Source: an uncultured delta proteobacterium (GTDB taxonomy: Bacteria; Desulfobacterota; Syntrophia; Syntrophales; UBA5619). From it: a DNA stretch of 28,315 bases. The stretch lies in assembly GCA_963817385.1 (NCBI GenBank), contig CAWFOM010000013.1:1-28315 (forward strand). Direction: 5' to 3'. Below the pieces are notes generated by a model, which saw only the letters and a program-made list of their open reading frames with translations, ran no database searches and had not been told where the DNA came from. This document shows, piece by piece, positions 25,657 to 28,315 of the stretch; the first letter of the stretch is position 1, and each line of letters starts with the position of its first letter. The position numbers and the translations under genes were made by a program.

Positions 25657-26610
25657 TTACTTGGCAATCTCTTTTCCGCTGTCGTCCTTCTGTCTGAGGA
25701 ACGGGAGTTTTTCGTTGATGAGGCCTAAAAACCCGCCCGGCATGATGAGTACGACAAGGATGATGATGATGCCGCTCACCAGGGGCCAGTACTCCGTAAA
25801 GCTTGTCACAAGGGCCATCAGAAACGTGTATATGGCGGAACCGACCAGCGGCCCGAGAAAGCTGAACGGTCCGCCCATGACCGTCATGAACACCGGCATT
25901 CCGGAGTGTTGCCAGTTGCAGAGATCGGGGGCGACACTGCGGTTGAACGGTCCCCAGAGCGCACCGGCAAGCCCGGCAAACATGGCCGCAATGATGAAGT
26001 TCAGATGCATATACCGCTGAACGTTGATGCCGATAAATTCGGTCCGTTCGGCGTTGTCGCGTATGGCCCGCATGGTGTAGCCGAAAGGCGACGCGCTGAT
26101 TATCCAAAGCGCGATCATTCCGAGAGTAACGACGATCAAGGTGAAAAAATAATAGGGATTGGCCGCCTTTCCGAGAAACGCCGGGGGGACGATGCCCTGC
26201 AGGCCGTTGTCGCCTCCCGTGAAGGTGTACCACTGGAAGATGATGTAATAGACGAGCTGACCGAAAGCCATCGTGAGGATGGCGAAGTATATGCCTCGGA
26301 GTTTTACGCAGAAATAGCCGAGAACGGCGGCGCAGAGACCCGCCATGAGCATCGAAAGGGGAAGGCAGGCGAGAAGCGGGATGTTTGCCTTTACCATGAG
26401 AAGCCCCGTTGTGTAGGCGCCGACGCCGTAGTAGGCTGCATGGCCGAACGTAAGCTGCCCCATGTAGCCGAATATCATGTTAAAGCTGGCGGCAAAAAGC
26501 CCCATGATGAGGATCTCGGTGAGTACATGAACCCAGAATTCGGGCACGATAAAGGGAAGAGCGACCGCGAACAGAAACAGGATTACCGGGAAAAGATATT
26601 TGTTTTTCAT
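25657..26610 (-). CDS. Branched-chain amino-acid-type ABC transporter permease (LivM-like)
   Basis: GYMGQLTFGHAAYYGVGAY, YFAILT, TGGDNG, AIRDN. Confidence 0.95.
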   Translation of the reverse strand: MKNKYLFPVILFLFAVALPFIVPEFWVHVLTEILIMGLFAASFNMIFGYMGQLTFGHAAYYGVGAYTTGLLMVKANIPLLACLPLSMLMAGLCAAVLGYFCVKLRGIYFAILTMAFGQLVYYIIFQWYTFTGGDNGLQGIVPPAFLGKAANPYYFFTLIVVTLGMIALWIISASPFGYTMRAIRDNAERTEFIGINVQRYMHLNFIIAAMFAGLAGALWGPFNRSVAPDLCNWQHSGMPVFMTVMGGPFSFLGPLVGSAIYTFLMALVTSFTEYWPLVSGIIIILVVLIMPGGFLGLINEKLPFLRQKDDSGKEIAK

Positions 26611-26613
26611 CGG

Positions 26614-27498
26614 TCATGTCCTCATCGGTGTGCCGAACAGTCCCCAGGGTCGCACGATCAGGATGGCGGCGGTGATTACAAAAATCAGGACCATCGCCCC
26701 GTCAGGCCAGAAAAGTATCGTGAACGATAACACCTCGCCCACAATGAGCGAGCCCACGAGCGTTCCCAGCAGACTGCCGAATCCACCGATGACCACCACG
26801 CAAAACGCCTGGATGATGATGGCGGTATCCATGCCCAGGGTGATGGAGCCGATCGGCGCCTGTATCCCCCCGGCGAAACCGGCAAGAAATATGCCCAGCG
26901 TGAAGACCCAGGTGTCGATCCGCGGAATGGGGATGCCCAGTGCACCCACCATCTCACGGCTGAAGACGGCGGCCTTGACGATATGGCCGTAGCGGGTGTA
27001 TTTCAGAAACCACCAGAGGCCGATTGCCACTGCGGCGCCGGAAGCAATGACGAACAGGAAATACGAATCGAGGGGGGCGCCGAAGATGAAAACGGGTTTC
27101 TGGATGATCTCGGGCCGGACGATCAGCTTGTTCGTTACACCCCAGGTGAGCTTTATCGTGTCGCTGAGGATCAGCGCGATGGAGTAGGTGATGAGGAGCT
27201 GCTCGTAGAGCTCGCGCTTGTATATCCGCTTGATCAGCACGACCTCCATGACCCAGCCCACCGCCGCCGCGGCAAGGCCTGCAAGCGGTATGCTGAGCCA
27301 GAGCGCAAAGGAATTTCCCTGCATCAGATTCCAGAAGGTGTAGCAAAAATAAGCGCCCATGAGCCAGAGGGCCGCATGGGCGAAATTGAGGATGTTCATG
27401 ACGCCGAAAATAAGGGACAGACCTGCGGCAACGAGGAAGAGAATCGTGCCGTAGGTCAGTCCGCTGAGAAACTGCGCAAAAAGGGAAGTTATATCCAC
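26614..27498 (-). CDS. Branched-chain amino-acid-type ABC transporter permease (LivH-like)
   Basis: GLSLIFGVMNILNFAH, VVVIGGFGS, RPWGLFG. Confidence 0.95.
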   Translation of the reverse strand: MDITSLFAQFLSGLTYGTILFLVAAGLSLIFGVMNILNFAHAALWLMGAYFCYTFWNLMQGNSFALWLSIPLAGLAAAAVGWVMEVVLIKRIYKRELYEQLLITYSIALILSDTIKLTWGVTNKLIVRPEIIQKPVFIFGAPLDSYFLFVIASGAAVAIGLWWFLKYTRYGHIVKAAVFSREMVGALGIPIPRIDTWVFTLGIFLAGFAGGIQAPIGSITLGMDTAIIIQAFCVVVIGGFGSLLGTLVGSLIVGEVLSFTILFWPDGAMVLIFVITAAILIVRPWGLFGTPMRT

Positions 27499-27516
27499 GT
27501 CGGCTTCCTTATGGCG

Positions 27517-28315
27517 TTATTTCGTTGCTGCTTTTCTTGCTTCGATGATCTCGCTTTCCGGCCGTTCGCTTTCACTGCCCTTGACCTCGATGATATCCTT
27601 GTAGATCGGGAACGGATACTTGGGGTCGTCGGTGATTGTTCCCATATAGGATGAGCAGCTCAATTGATTGTCTATGGTTCGGAAGGCGAGCTTGCCCCTC
27701 GTCAGGTTGACGGTCAGGCCCTTCATGGCGTCCTTGACCTTTTCCGTATCGATGGTGTTGGCCTTTTCAACGCCCTGTTTCAACGCATATACGGTGTCAT
27801 ATCCGAGGACCGCCCAGTCGCTCGGGAACTTGTTGTATTTTGCCCGGTAGTTTTTAACGAAATCTGCCATCATCGGGTTGTCCAGGTGGGCGAAAAACGG
27901 CGCCCGGGTGAGCGCGATGACGTTGCGGGGCAGTGTTTTTGCTTGAAGTATCAGCTCGGTTACGCTGATCAGCGAGCCGGGATAGGGAATCTTGTCGAAA
28001 AAGCCGTAGGTCTTGGCCTGTTCCATCCAGGCGACGTTATCATTGGATGCCAGGCTGCCGAAGACGAAATCCGGTTTCAGAGCCATGACGCCGGTAATGT
28101 AGGAGGTGAACTGCGTCTCACCGAGACGGGGCCAGAACTCTTTCTTCAGCGTGAGATTCGGGGCCATTGTTTTCAGAAAAGTAACGGCCTCCGCCTGCGT
28201 TGATCTGCCCCATTCGTAGTCCGAGGCGATGGTGATGTATCCTTCCAGCCCTTTTGATTGGCCATCTTTGCGATGGCGACGGCCGCGGCCTTGGCCTGCA
28301 TGTAGGTGTTGGGAA
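27517..28315 (-). CDS. ABC transporter periplasmic substrate-binding protein (LivK/Peripla_BP_6-like), 5' end outside the window, with a -1 frameshift near 28240
   Basis: PNTYMQAKAAA...KGWK joins YITIASDYEWG...WPRLGETQFTSYI only if one base is restored. Confidence 0.88.
   Translation of the reverse strand, partial: SQHLHAGQGRGRRHRKDGQSKGLEGYITIASDYEWGRSTQAEAVTFLKTMAPNLTLKKEFWPRLGETQFTSYITGVMALKPDFVFGSLASNDNVAWMEQAKTYGFFDKIPYPGSLISVTELILQAKTLPRNVIALTRAPFFAHLDNPMMADFVKNYRAKYNKFPSDWAVLGYDTVYALKQGVEKANTIDTEKVKDAMKGLTVNLTRGKLAFRTIDNQLSCSSYMGTITDDPKYPFPIYKDIIEVKGSESERPESEIIEARKAATK

Noticed and set aside
25655..26233. 449-aa version of the LivG-like ATPase
   Set aside because: The N-terminal extension overlaps the livM-like gene in another frame; the real start is at about 25654.

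Overview
GC-rich bacterial chromosome window. Gene content and repeat types suggest an anaerobic deltaproteobacterium such as Syntrophales, which is an inference. Housekeeping and transport genes include a polar amino-acid ABC transporter, a tautomerase, ndk, an acyl-CoA dehydrogenase-rubredoxin fusion, a radical SAM enzyme, a YihY-cNMP/CRP-like fusion, ltaE, a Gfo/Idh/MocA oxidoreductase, tctCBA-cinA, usp, a beta-hydroxyacid dehydrogenase, a glutaminyl cyclase and a liv-type ABC operon. The main discovery is an integron-type gene cassette array at about 2800-8200 with no integrase in the window (CALIN-like). It has an attI-like head, three well-formed attC sites and three eroded ones. Its cargo includes candidate defence genes (2TM+HEPN/DUF4145-like, nuclease-like), an App1-type phosphatase lipoprotein, and a toxin-antitoxin module whose toxin is internally deleted; a hicB-hicA pair follows the array. 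Four single-base frameshifts in otherwise intact genes look like sequencing or assembly indels.
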